A DNA stretch of 61,782 nt, filler included. It is 4 parts of 4 records of this genome, joined end to end, with 100 filler letters (N's around TTAATTAATTAA, not from the genome) between each part and the next. Parts side by side here need not be neighbours in the genome. Positions count along the whole stretch, not along the records: positions 29,911 to 57,339 come from SRR20825010_6238; 3 more parts are not named here. One strand, written 5' to 3'. Made by a program: the position numbers and the translations under genes. Below the pieces are notes generated by a model. It ran no database searches, had not been told where the DNA came from, and worked only from the letters and a program-made list of their open reading frames with translations. Numbering within the stretch: position 1 is the first letter of the stretch; every line of letters starts with the position of its first letter. Positions 40,601 to 49,402 of this stretch are shown here, one piece after another.

Positions 40601-42304
40601 CGTAGAATCTAGAGTATATAAGAATGGATCTTTTTGAATTTCCTCTGGTGAATAACCATCAAGTCTTTTTGGGCGCATATCAGAAGTAAACACAATGTTG
40701 TCAAAGTCCTTCTTCCCTGCTTTTGCTTTTACAAAATTTTCCAATTTCGGTTTAACTGCTACCATTTTAGACTCACTATCATAGCTAATGAATCCCATGC
40801 TCGAAAGTTTTAAGAGCGTTGGTTTTGCCTGTTCAACTGTCTTTCCAAGTGCTGTAGCGGCTTTTCCTTCATTGAGCACGTATTCATCATACTTATAACA
40901 GTATTGAGAAATCGCTACAAGCGGATGAAGAGATTCTAATCCAAGCAATTGATCATATACCCGTTCGTTGAAGTATCCTTGCGATTCGAAAGATGCGACA
41001 CGTTGTTCTTGACTTGTTCCAAATTCGTAGGTAAATGTGATCCGATCTGTTCCTTGTTCCCACAATATTTTTGGTGCGTAGATGTCCAATTTATGGTAAG
41101 AATCTTGAAATGGAGCTTGACCAATTCCGCTGCTTGAACGAGAGAGTTGAACATTTTTCTTTGTAAGGTCGAAATCGAAGCGCACGCCAGGATGCGAAAT
41201 TGAATCTCCCGTTTTTAAGTACATCAAAAAATTCGCTTTCTCGATGAACACTTTTTCAGATGAGATCATTATTTGCTCAGAACTTGCTTTCATAAAAGGA
41301 TTTCCGCCTTTTTTCAGCGTTACTTTTGCCGGATTATCATTCGTTCCTGCACCGATAAATCGTGCACCTTGAAACGCAAAACCACCAATATAATCTACAT
41401 CAGGGATAATGTTTCCGATGACCAATTTACGTTCGAACGACAGAAACTGGGGATATACTTTATCTTCTTCACGATTGATTTTAAATGCTCGATCAGAAAG
41501 ACTTCCTAAAATCGGTGTCTTAAAATAAGTTGTTGTTAGTTCTACTGTATCAACGCTTAAGTTGGACGTTTTCAGTGAAACATCGTATCCTTTGAGCATT
41601 GCAAATGTTGTATTTCCGTCCATTCCCACCTTTTCCCAAGTGAGTTTTCCGCCTTTTCCAACCCATTTTTTCAGAACTGGATCATACGTGCCTGTTGTTT
41701 TATTAATTCGCAAACTATCTACTGCTTCACCTCGATTAGAACCTGATGAGGCGATTGCTCTACACACCAAACTTCCATCCACAAATTGGATGGAGACATC
41801 TTTATCATCAGCAACGAAATCGTACGAACCTCCAAAATAATACCATGCATGATTTGAAGAAGTAGAAATTTTTCCTTCGGAGAAGAAACCTGCAGAGAAG
41901 TCTACGAAATCCTCCACTTTCTTAACGTTTCTGCCGCTGAGCATTTTATCTACCGTTGCATGCCAAGCCTGATAACTTGCTTTTGGTTGACGTGATTTCA
42001 CGAAGGAAGCTACCGAAAAAACATAATTGTAAATATCTGGATACGCTTTGAGTCGTTTGGCTTCCATTGCGTTGCATGTTTCCACCAATTTTGCAAAATA
42101 ATCATCTGGAAACTCCGAAGATTCTAATAACAATGCTGGAAACTCCTTTTTGGCAAAATCCGTATAATCTCCAGAACCGTACTCACTTATTTGGCGTTGA
42201 AACTCCTTCGAAAATTTATCGCGCGTATTCGGAAATGACTGTGAAAACGCAGTAGTCGTAGCAATGAGTGACACTAAAAGCATCACAAGTTTCATTTTCA
42301 TCAT
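37688..42304 (-). CDS. Large exported beta-rich protein of unknown function (1538 aa)
   Basis: Signal peptide (..TTAFSQ), uninterrupted ORF, beta-strand-like alternating pattern; no T9SS CTD recognised. Confidence 0.75.
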   Translation of the reverse strand: MMKMKLVMLLVSLIATTTAFSQSFPNTRDKFSKEFQRQISEYGSGDYTDFAKKEFPALLLESSEFPDDYFAKLVETCNAMEAKRLKAYPDIYNYVFSVASFVKSRQPKASYQAWHATVDKMLSGRNVKKVEDFVDFSAGFFSEGKISTSSNHAWYYFGGSYDFVADDKDVSIQFVDGSLVCRAIASSGSNRGEAVDSLRINKTTGTYDPVLKKWVGKGGKLTWEKVGMDGNTTFAMLKGYDVSLKTSNLSVDTVELTTTYFKTPILGSLSDRAFKINREEDKVYPQFLSFERKLVIGNIIPDVDYIGGFAFQGARFIGAGTNDNPAKVTLKKGGNPFMKASSEQIMISSEKVFIEKANFLMYLKTGDSISHPGVRFDFDLTKKNVQLSRSSSGIGQAPFQDSYHKLDIYAPKILWEQGTDRITFTYEFGTSQEQRVASFESQGYFNERVYDQLLGLESLHPLVAISQYCYKYDEYVLNEGKAATALGKTVEQAKPTLLKLSSMGFISYDSESKMVAVKPKLENFVKAKAGKKDFDNIVFTSDMRPKRLDGYSPEEIQKDPFLYTLDSTYKSLTNKRMLMKEFGYLDLISLELELEAVDQVLLSETKNTVVFPDAGKVKIKENRNFMFSGWAKAGKFEIETELASFEYDGFKIKLQKTNEGLFRIRPLDKTHGTKAIPMVSSLTGLSGEILIDSPENRSGKNITHGAFPKLKSVNSSKIFYNSKDIYRGVYDSTRFYYTVEPFEMDSLNSFNEATFRLNGELVSAGIFPKIKEPLKIMQDYSFGFSTQAPKGGHPFYGTTAKYEDKIVLSNNGLQGAGKINFVNATADSKALSFLPDSTVGYATFVNRPSETGVQFPDVATEVAYITYVPQKELLKAASTPQNDLIFFDKEAKLRGTVLVTPKGMTGNGLMSFNNANLISDRFEYKRYDVSADTSSFRLQNQSGEANEDALAFKTDNVKSSVSFKTRLGTFNSNQGESKVEFPVNQYMAKMDQFKWFMDELSIEMSKAKDKDISIESGVDLAGANFYSTHPKQDSLSFRAPKAIFDLKQKTIFCSDVEYIDIADARIYPDSMKLNIRKKAKIDKLMNATIVANYVTKYHRFEKAEVEILAKRDYNAIGEYPFYDRDSNVTYISMKDIGLDSAYQTRATGKVSLEQDFKLSEQFDYYGDVAVRASNLMITFKGATRINHSCTKFDRNWMAFSSEIDPKNIQIPVLSSMKDLEGNAISAGIVWRDAMNIDSLTLYPTFLSALVDPKDPIVMTSSGYLQYDDGTKEFQIASKEKLVNRGEKGNYIALHTESCSMNGDGVINLGMDYGDVKVDAVGVVNYNQTTGETSMNITARFDMEMDKGLMQDVAGRIAAVEGLKDMDFKSTTLEQAVVEWDNLKAADKLKEEYVQEGKVKKLPDGLEKTMTITGLRLSSYDSDRLQDRGLITNVESAVLVSMYGKPVMKYVPMKAFFQKTYSGAKSDKFMVYIDIPGGRNYYFNYEMVKKDGTMNIYTGDTEFSTSVTAMKEDKRKKRNFLYQITTNSAFLAKFMRLYE

Positions 42305-42316
42305 GGTTTATCGTTG

Positions 42317-43162
42317 TTAATTCGTCTTTCGCAATTGAAGTCCAGCCCATTCATCTTTAGCAAACTCCTTTTCAAGAGTAAGACCAAAATTCTGCGCAAA
42401 AGTTACTAGTTCATCTACATCTGAGCTGAAAAAACCACTCAAAAGCAAAATTCCGTTCTCTTCTAACCCAATTGCATATTTTTCTATGTGTGCCTTCAAC
42501 ACATTTTTGTTGATATTGGCAATAATCAATCCAAATTTTTTCCCTTCTATGTCTTCGATATCTCCGCAGATAGAAGTTATTTTCTCGCACTTATTTCTTT
42601 GAGCGTTCTCTGTCGCATTTTCTGCTGACCATTGTTCAATGTCGATTGCGAGGATTTCCTTCGCTCCAAGTTTTTCTGCAACAATGGCCAAAACTCCCGT
42701 TCCAGCGCCCATGTCGAGCACATTAGTTGGAAGATTTCCCAATTCAAAAAGTGCTTTGGTCATCATCCATGTTGTTTGATGATGTCCAGTACCGAACGAC
42801 ATTTGTGGTTGAATTTCTACAATTAGTCCCTTTCCTTCCTCCTTATTGTGAAATGGTGCCAAAATGGTAGCGTACTCTTCTACATATACGGGATGAAAAT
42901 CGGCTTCCCATTGTGCGTTCCAATTTTGGTGAGGAATAACTTGTTTTTCTATAGAAAATACAAATTGTTCATTCGTTTTAAGCGATGTTTGCGGAAGTAT
43001 CGCTTCCAAATCAACATGCGCTGGAGCATACGCTTGAATTCCAGTATCCGTGTTTAAGAAACCATCAAAACCCAATTCTGAAAGTTCGGCAATAATAATT
43101 TCACTCCAAGGATCTTTTGGAGTAAGGTTTACGGTTAATTCAAGTGTATCTAAAGACTCCAT
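42317..43162 (-). CDS. prmA: Ribosomal protein L11 methyltransferase
   Basis: PQMSFGTGHHQTT, LDMGAGTGVLAI, ANIN. Confidence 0.95.
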   Translation of the reverse strand: MESLDTLELTVNLTPKDPWSEIIIAELSELGFDGFLNTDTGIQAYAPAHVDLEAILPQTSLKTNEQFVFSIEKQVIPHQNWNAQWEADFHPVYVEEYATILAPFHNKEEGKGLIVEIQPQMSFGTGHHQTTWMMTKALFELGNLPTNVLDMGAGTGVLAIVAEKLGAKEILAIDIEQWSAENATENAQRNKCEKITSICGDIEDIEGKKFGLIIANINKNVLKAHIEKYAIGLEENGILLLSGFFSSDVDELVTFAQNFGLTLEKEFAKDEWAGLQLRKTN

Positions 43163-43163
43163 G

Positions 43164-43907
43164 CTAAAAAGAATGAATGATTTTACCGAACGATTCGGCG
43201 TTTAATGCAGCTCCACCAATGAGTCCACCATTCACATTTGGACATGCGAAAAGTTCCTTGGCATTTTCAGCGTTGCAGCTTCCGCCGTACAAAAGAGAAA
43301 CGCTTTCTGCCGTTTCCAAATCGTAGCGTTCTACGAGCCACTTTCTAATTTCGGCGTGCATTGCTTCCGCTTGTGCAGATGTTGCCGTCTCCCCTGTTCC
43401 TATTGCCCAAACGGGTTCGTAAGCAATCACTTTGTTTTTCATTTGATCGGCAGATAAGTGAAACAAACTTTGGTCTAGTTGCTCTTTCACAAATTTGCTT
43501 TGTTCACCGATTTCACGCACTTCCAATGGTTCTCCACAGCAGAAAATAAACGAGAAATCTTTTTCAATTGCTGCGTCTACTTTTAGTTTAAGCAATTCAT
43601 TACTTTCTTCAAAAAGCATTCTTCGCTCACTGTGACCGATTAGTCCACACACAGCTCCGACACTTTTCACTTGTTCAATGGAAATCTCTCCCGTGAATGC
43701 ACCCTTTTCTTTGTGAAAGAAATTCTGCACACCAATCTTCACGCTTTCCGCTGTTTTCACTAAATCGCTTACGAAAAGCGTTGGCACGAAAGCCAAGACT
43801 CTTACATCCGATGGTTTATCGAGTCCATCCACTTCGCGCATTAAATCTTCTGCCTCTATCGAGGTCAAATTCATCTTCCAATTTCCCGCAACTATTCTTT
43901 TGGGCAT
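43164..43907 (-). CDS. tpiA: Triosephosphate isomerase
   Basis: AGNWKMN, GHSERR, AYEPVWAIGTG, LYGGS. Confidence 0.97.
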   Translation of the reverse strand: MPKRIVAGNWKMNLTSIEAEDLMREVDGLDKPSDVRVLAFVPTLFVSDLVKTAESVKIGVQNFFHKEKGAFTGEISIEQVKSVGAVCGLIGHSERRMLFEESNELLKLKVDAAIEKDFSFIFCCGEPLEVREIGEQSKFVKEQLDQSLFHLSADQMKNKVIAYEPVWAIGTGETATSAQAEAMHAEIRKWLVERYDLETAESVSLLYGGSCNAENAKELFACPNVNGGLIGGAALNAESFGKIIHSF

Positions 43908-43911
43908 ACTG

Positions 43912-45801
43912 TTATTTATTTAAGTGTTGTTTTGAAAATGATTCTTCCGTTGGAGTTGATGCTTGCGTATATTTTGCCTTCACCACTCCTTTTTCCAATA
44001 CCAACAATGCTGGATTGGATCTTGAAATAATCTTCAATTCTATTTCATCCATTGAGAAAACCGCTAAATCAAACGAATACTTTTTTCTAAATGCGTTAAT
44101 TTCTTCTCTCGTAGCGTTGCAAATCATCACAAACGGAACACCTTTTTTCTTGCAAGACGCTTCAATTGCTTTTAATTCCTTGATCATTGACCAATCCGCT
44201 TCACCCAATTTTCTTGAGATGAGCAACACTGCCTTTTTCTCGGAGATCAATCCTTCCATGATATCGATGTCCGTTAATGCCGGATCCATTCCAGAAATAG
44301 TATCTAAAATGGTGTATTCCGTTGCGGGGAAACCTTCAATATCATATTCTTCAAATGGTACTTCCATTTCGCTATTGTACTCTAACGCTAAAATCTTTAA
44401 TAGTTTCACTTGCGATTTATCGAGTACAGATTTTACGAAAGGAAGGTTCTTCTCCGCCGCAATCATGTCGGTAATGGAAATGGATGGGTGAAAATCCATA
44501 ATGGACGGATTCTTAGATGGTATAATCACATTTTGAACCATGTCCTTATACTCCCAATCTTTATCTTCCCAAATTTTAGAATCTGTATATTCTTTCGAAG
44601 TCGATGAATATTCTTTCTCCGCGCCTGTTTTCTTGTTTTTATACAGTAGCATGCTTTCGTACTTACCTTCAATACCATCGTTCATTTTCTCTTTCAAGTT
44701 AGAACCAACGGCATACGGACGGTAATCTTTTAAGGGATCATACGTCATCACATACATCACAAGTGCTGTACAGAGGAGCGTTACGAACAATGCAACTCCG
44801 TAATAATTCCCGAAGAGTTTTCCGCCAACACGTAAGAGCCAGAGCGATCCGACGAGTGCGATTAACGCGAATAACGTTGGGAAATACCAGCCGAATACCC
44901 ATGAGAAGAAGATTACAACTCCCATTCCAGCTACTAAGTACCAGAAATTTTGTTTTCGGTTGTTTGGTTTAATGATCCATTGCGCGACAAAAATCCAGAA
45001 GACGAGGTACAAAAGAATAATGTCTTTCCACAATGATTCTTTTGGTTCCAATGATCGCCCAACAGAGCCTTTTAACGCATCTCCGAAGCATCCACAATCA
45101 TCCACGCATTGTGGCTGTTTCATTTCATCGATTACAATGGATTTCGCATCTTTTGAAAAGACTGTTATCTCTTTATTTGTTTTGGCATCGTCCAGCTTCA
45201 TCAATCCGACTGGATCATTTGCAGCATAAGTATCGCGGTCTTTAAATTTCTTCTCTGAATCGCAATTCGCTGTGTGCCATGTTAAAAACGTGAAGAAAAT
45301 CATCATGAACAGCATCAAGTATGATACTAGTTTGATTTTTCCTCCGATGAGCGTTAATACACCCAATACAATCTCAGCAATACAGATAATAACACTCAGA
45401 ATAAGCGCATAATCCATCAGGAATTCCATGGAAAACCCAGGAGCTCCGAACCATTCTTTGATCCTAAATGCGAGCGCTCCATCCTCGAAATACTCTTCCA
45501 ATTTGTACGCAAAACCGACAGGATCATTCGCCTTCACGAGTCCAGAAACAATAAACAATCCACCCACAATCACCCTCGACACGCTCGACATCATCATTCT
45601 TCCTTTGAACACAATGAGCCCTCCAATACTTGAAATCATGAGCATGAGCCCAATCAAATTAAACATCATGGAGTGTTCAGTAAAGCTGTCGTGCCCACCT
45701 AAAACCATAAACACAAGTCCGGTAATGTTTAGCGCTACGAAAATCCAGTTAAAAACGAGCGATCTTCCGTGGAATGTTGCTGATTCTTTCATTTTAATCA
45801 T
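43912..45801 (-). CDS. DoxX/MauE-like membrane protein (BT_3928-like) with C-terminal thioredoxin-like region
   Basis: FIVSGLVKANDPVGFAYKLEEYF, DCGCFGDA, DYRPYAVG, ISRSNPALLVLEKG. Confidence 0.8.
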   Translation of the reverse strand: MIKMKESATFHGRSLVFNWIFVALNITGLVFMVLGGHDSFTEHSMMFNLIGLMLMISSIGGLIVFKGRMMMSSVSRVIVGGLFIVSGLVKANDPVGFAYKLEEYFEDGALAFRIKEWFGAPGFSMEFLMDYALILSVIICIAEIVLGVLTLIGGKIKLVSYLMLFMMIFFTFLTWHTANCDSEKKFKDRDTYAANDPVGLMKLDDAKTNKEITVFSKDAKSIVIDEMKQPQCVDDCGCFGDALKGSVGRSLEPKESLWKDIILLYLVFWIFVAQWIIKPNNRKQNFWYLVAGMGVVIFFSWVFGWYFPTLFALIALVGSLWLLRVGGKLFGNYYGVALFVTLLCTALVMYVMTYDPLKDYRPYAVGSNLKEKMNDGIEGKYESMLLYKNKKTGAEKEYSSTSKEYTDSKIWEDKDWEYKDMVQNVIIPSKNPSIMDFHPSISITDMIAAEKNLPFVKSVLDKSQVKLLKILALEYNSEMEVPFEEYDIEGFPATEYTILDTISGMDPALTDIDIMEGLISEKKAVLLISRKLGEADWSMIKELKAIEASCKKKGVPFVMICNATREEINAFRKKYSFDLAVFSMDEIELKIISRSNPALLVLEKGVVKAKYTQASTPTEESFSKQHLNK

Positions 45802-46345
45802 TGGTTTTTACTATTGAAAGGTGAATAAGTGCAAAAACTGCATAATTGAGCATGTCGTAGTAGTTAGCGTCGATTCCTTCGCTAATAATGGTTGCTCCTT
45901 TATTGTCTTCTATTTGTTTTACTCTGTAAATTTTCTGAAGGATTAAATCTGTCAACGAGCTTACTCGCATATCGCGCCAAGCTTCACCGTAGTCATGATT
46001 TTTCTTTGACATTAACTTAAATGCCTCGTTTGCATACTTGTCGTACAACTCAAGCGCTAAATTCGCAGAGAGTTCCATTTCTTTTAGTTCTTTTTCACAC
46101 ACTTGAATGATTGCCATGAGGCAGTAATTCACAATCGCCACAAATTCGTCGTCAATATCTTCGCCGACCTGATTTTCACCCGTTTCCTGGATCGTTCTGA
46201 TTCGCTGCGCTTTGATAAAAAGTTGATCAGTCAATGAGCTTGGACGCAAAATTCGCCACGCAGTTCCGTAGTCGACCGTTTTCTTGGCGAAAATATCTCT
46301 ACAAACATTGATTACATTTGTGTATTCAGTATTGGTGTTACTCAT
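45794..46345 (-). CDS. DUF1599 (Nmad1-like) domain protein
   Basis: Duplicated KxxDYGxAWR motifs; start placed at ATG 46345. Confidence 0.85.
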   Translation of the reverse strand: MSNTNTEYTNVINVCRDIFAKKTVDYGTAWRILRPSSLTDQLFIKAQRIRTIQETGENQVGEDIDDEFVAIVNYCLMAIIQVCEKELKEMELSANLALELYDKYANEAFKLMSKKNHDYGEAWRDMRVSSLTDLILQKIYRVKQIEDNKGATIISEGIDANYYDMLNYAVFALIHLSIVKTND

Positions 46346-46353
46346 AAAGAACG

Positions 46354-47208
46354 ATGCAAAATTCAAAGGTTGAAGATACATATTTTAGTGCGAACCAACA
46401 TATACGAATTGGTGATAAATTGATAGACTTGAGCCTTCCGCTTGTAATGGGGATCATTAACACCACGCCCGACTCCTTCTACAGTGGGAGTCGTACAATG
46501 CAGGAAGACGATGGATTTGAGCGCGTTAAAGAAATGTTAACGCTTGGTGCACGCATAATTGACGTTGGTGGATATTCTTCTCGGCCGGGTGCTACGAACA
46601 TTTCAGAAGACGAAGAAATAAGTCGCGTTCTTCCAATCATTCGCCGAATTTCGAGTGAATTTCCCGAAACGATCATTTCGATCGATACATTTCGAGCAAA
46701 TGTTGCCGAGCAAGCCATTCTCGCTGGCGCGCATATCGTAAATGACATTAGTGGTTTTGAAATCGACCCGAGAATTGCAGAAGTTGCCGCGCAGTACAAA
46801 GTGCCATACATTCTGATGCACGTGAGAGGAACGCCTCAGGATATGCAGAACAATACGGAATATTCAAATCTCTTTGTGGAAATGATGCAGTATTTCACTG
46901 AAAAAATCAATTTTCTCACTTCAAAGGGAGTTCATGACATCATTATTGACCCTGGGTTCGGTTTTGGTAAAAATTTAGCCCAAAATCACTTTCTATTGAG
47001 TCATTTGGATGCTTTTCAATGTTTAAACCGTCCTGTTCTTGCAGGTATTTCTAGAAAATCGATGATTTACAAGAAATTAAATAGTTCACCCGAAGAATCG
47101 TTGAATGGAACAACAGCTTTGAATACAATCGCCCTCATGAAAAGTGCGAAGATTTTCAGGGTTCATGATGTGAAGGAAGCGGTGGAGATTGTAAGTTTAA
47201 TTCATTAA
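46354..47208 (+). CDS. folP: Dihydropteroate synthase
   Basis: VMGIINTTPDSF, SIDTFRA, DPGFGFGK, SRKS, RVHDV. Confidence 0.96.
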   Translation: MQNSKVEDTYFSANQHIRIGDKLIDLSLPLVMGIINTTPDSFYSGSRTMQEDDGFERVKEMLTLGARIIDVGGYSSRPGATNISEDEEISRVLPIIRRISSEFPETIISIDTFRANVAEQAILAGAHIVNDISGFEIDPRIAEVAAQYKVPYILMHVRGTPQDMQNNTEYSNLFVEMMQYFTEKINFLTSKGVHDIIIDPGFGFGKNLAQNHFLLSHLDAFQCLNRPVLAGISRKSMIYKKLNSSPEESLNGTTALNTIALMKSAKIFRVHDVKEAVEIVSLIH

Positions 47209-47347
47209 TTCTCTTCTTGACTTGTCTCAAGTATCTTAAAATCAAGCGAAACAACCATTAGCTAGATGTCAGCATCAGATTAAGTTATTCTAGAATACGC
47301 AAACAGTTTAATTATCATCTTGGTTTAAATTACTCAAACCTTACGAT

Positions 47348-47673
47348 ATGAAAACACTCTACGCCGTACTTTCATTTTTCTATTGAGTACATTTTCAATA
47401 GGACAATATTCTCGTTCTTTTTACACCGAAGAGACTGAACTTCCATCTGTAAAAATGTATCCGAATCCAACACAATCGACATTAACAGTGGAACTTTTAA
47501 ATGGTTCAGAAATGACGATTGAAATTCGAGATTTGAACGGAACATTAGTTCTTGCAACAGAAAAAGCGGGAGCTTCGGCAACGATTGATTTTAGCCCACT
47601 CGAAAATGCGACCTATTTAGTGATTGTTTCAAATGAATTGGGAACAAAAGTTTCAAGAGTAGTTAAGTTTTGA
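47348..47673 (+). pseudogene. Minimal T9SS type-A CTD protein with frameshifted signal peptide
   Basis: YPNPT..DLNG..YLV..RVVKF CTD in ORF 47383-47673; ATG 47348 (MKTLYAVL) joins it if one T is added in the T-runs near 47370-47379. Confidence 0.65.
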
Positions 47674-47698
47674 TTCAACAACTACAAATTGGGCGGAA

Positions 47699-48628
47699 TT
47701 AGACGAATAGTTTGATTCCGCTTTTTTGTTCTATTCCGTCAACACCTTGCAAGCCTCCTGTGTGAACAAAAAGTACGGTTGAATTATCGAAGCGTTCAGA
47801 CTCCAATTCTTTCAACGTTCCATAAAATGCCTTTCCTGTGTAAATAGGATCGAGTTTTAACTTTTGCGAAACATAAACAGATTGAATGAATTCCAACAAT
47901 TCTGTCGTGTATTTCCCATATCCTCCGAAATGATATTCATCGTGAACTTCTACTTGATTCAATAAATCTTCTATCAAAGACGCTTCCATTCCACTCTTTG
48001 CGAATAATTGGAGCATTTCATTTTTTGCTTCAAATCCTTTTAACGCAGGAACAACGTGCAATGTTTGATGTTCAAAAAGACTCAGCATGATTCCGCAGCT
48101 CGTGGTAGACGTTCCTTGTGAAACAAAAATATGATCGACGGGTTCCTTTACTTCTTTTAAGATTTCTTGACAACCGATCATTCCATAATAGTTCGCTCCA
48201 CCTTCTGGAACGCGTTGTAAACTTGGAAAATCAGCTGCGAGCGTTTCATGATACGCTGAATCATTTCTCATAGCGTACTCTTCGCGAGAAATAAATCGCA
48301 ATTCCATTCCCAATTCAGCGCATTTTTTTAATGTTGCATTCGAATTGGCACTTAGCTCATCTCCACGCACTAATCCAATGGATTGTAGATTATGTTCCTT
48401 GCAAATTGCCGCCGTAGCCACCAAATGATTCGAGTACGCACCGCCAAAAGTGAGAATGCCCAGCTTTTTACGAACACGACACAATTCCAAATTGTATTTC
48501 AATTTTCGCCACTTATTTCCAGAAATTTCGGAATGAATGAGATCATCTCTCTTCACCAGTACTCGAATATTTCGCTTTACAAGGGCGTCAAAAGTAAGTT
48601 CTTGAACAATTGAATTGTGCGTTTGCAT
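47699..48628 (-). CDS. ACC deaminase / D-cysteine desulfhydrase family PLP enzyme
   Basis: KRDDLIH..SGNKWRKL, FGGAYSNH, PEGGAN, LDPIYTGK, HTGGLQG. Confidence 0.9.
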   Translation of the reverse strand: MQTHNSIVQELTFDALVKRNIRVLVKRDDLIHSEISGNKWRKLKYNLELCRVRKKLGILTFGGAYSNHLVATAAICKEHNLQSIGLVRGDELSANSNATLKKCAELGMELRFISREEYAMRNDSAYHETLAADFPSLQRVPEGGANYYGMIGCQEILKEVKEPVDHIFVSQGTSTTSCGIMLSLFEHQTLHVVPALKGFEAKNEMLQLFAKSGMEASLIEDLLNQVEVHDEYHFGGYGKYTTELLEFIQSVYVSQKLKLDPIYTGKAFYGTLKELESERFDNSTVLFVHTGGLQGVDGIEQKSGIKLFV

Positions 48629-48672
48629 TTTCTCTTTATTTCTATCCGACAAATATCTACTAAATTTGTGTC

Positions 48673-48858
48673 ATGAGCGATGACATGTCAGGTTTTTCGA
48701 AAAGAAGTCAATTAGATCCCCAAGATTATTACTTGAGTCCAGAGGGATACTTGATTTTTACTGAGAAATACTTGCTCAAGCGCGGCTACTGCTGCAAAAA
48801 TGGATGTCGACACTGTCCGTACAAAGAAAAAGAGCGATTGTCGCCGCCTAAAAAGTAG
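48673..48858 (+). CDS. DUF5522 small Cys-rich protein
   Basis: DYY...GYLIFTEKYLLKRGYCCKNGCRHCPY. Confidence 0.85.
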   Translation: MSDDMSGFSKRSQLDPQDYYLSPEGYLIFTEKYLLKRGYCCKNGCRHCPYKEKERLSPPKK

Positions 48859-48928
48859 GTTAAGAAGCGACCTATTCCGATCTCTATTTTTTATCAAAAA
48901 TGCGTACATTGTAGTCAAACTACTGCAC

Positions 48929-49399
48929 ATGCTATTCAAAAAAATTGGTCTGATTTTACTCGGCTCATCAATTTGCTCGGCGTTTTACGCACAACAAGCT
49001 ACCGTTGCAACTGGAGGAAATGCTTCAGGAACTGGCGGAGAAGTCAATTATTCAATCGGACAAATTGACTACAATTCTTATACTTCCGGAGCTTCCGTAA
49101 ATGAAGGAGTTCAACAACCATTCGAATTCTATTTAGTCGTTGGAATGGAAGAATTAGAAGACGTCTCTATTCAACTTTACCCAAACCCGTCTTCCGATTA
49201 CATCACGCTTCTCATTGATTCTGATCGTCTTGATTTACATTACCGTTTGAGTGATCTGAACGGGAAAATCATTCTCGAAGCCGACATTCAAGAAGAAAAA
49301 TCAACGATTGACATACATGCGCTCGCTCAAGGAAGTTATCACCTTGAATTAATTCAAAAATCTACAACGCTTAACACCTACAAACTTATTAAACACTAA
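48929..49399 (+). CDS. Small T9SS type-A sorting domain protein
   Basis: Signal peptide from ATG 48929; TGGNASGTGGEVNYSIGQ..GVQQPFE; CTD LYPNPS..DLNGK..GSYHL..YKLIKH. Confidence 0.85.
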   Translation: MLFKKIGLILLGSSICSAFYAQQATVATGGNASGTGGEVNYSIGQIDYNSYTSGASVNEGVQQPFEFYLVVGMEELEDVSIQLYPNPSSDYITLLIDSDRLDLHYRLSDLNGKIILEADIQEEKSTIDIHALAQGSYHLELIQKSTTLNTYKLIKH

Positions 49400-49402
49400 A
49401 CT

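Noticed and set aside
43697-44491. 264-aa antisense ORF and the many other shadow ORFs
   Set aside because: They lie opposite well-supported genes and contain no recognisable motifs
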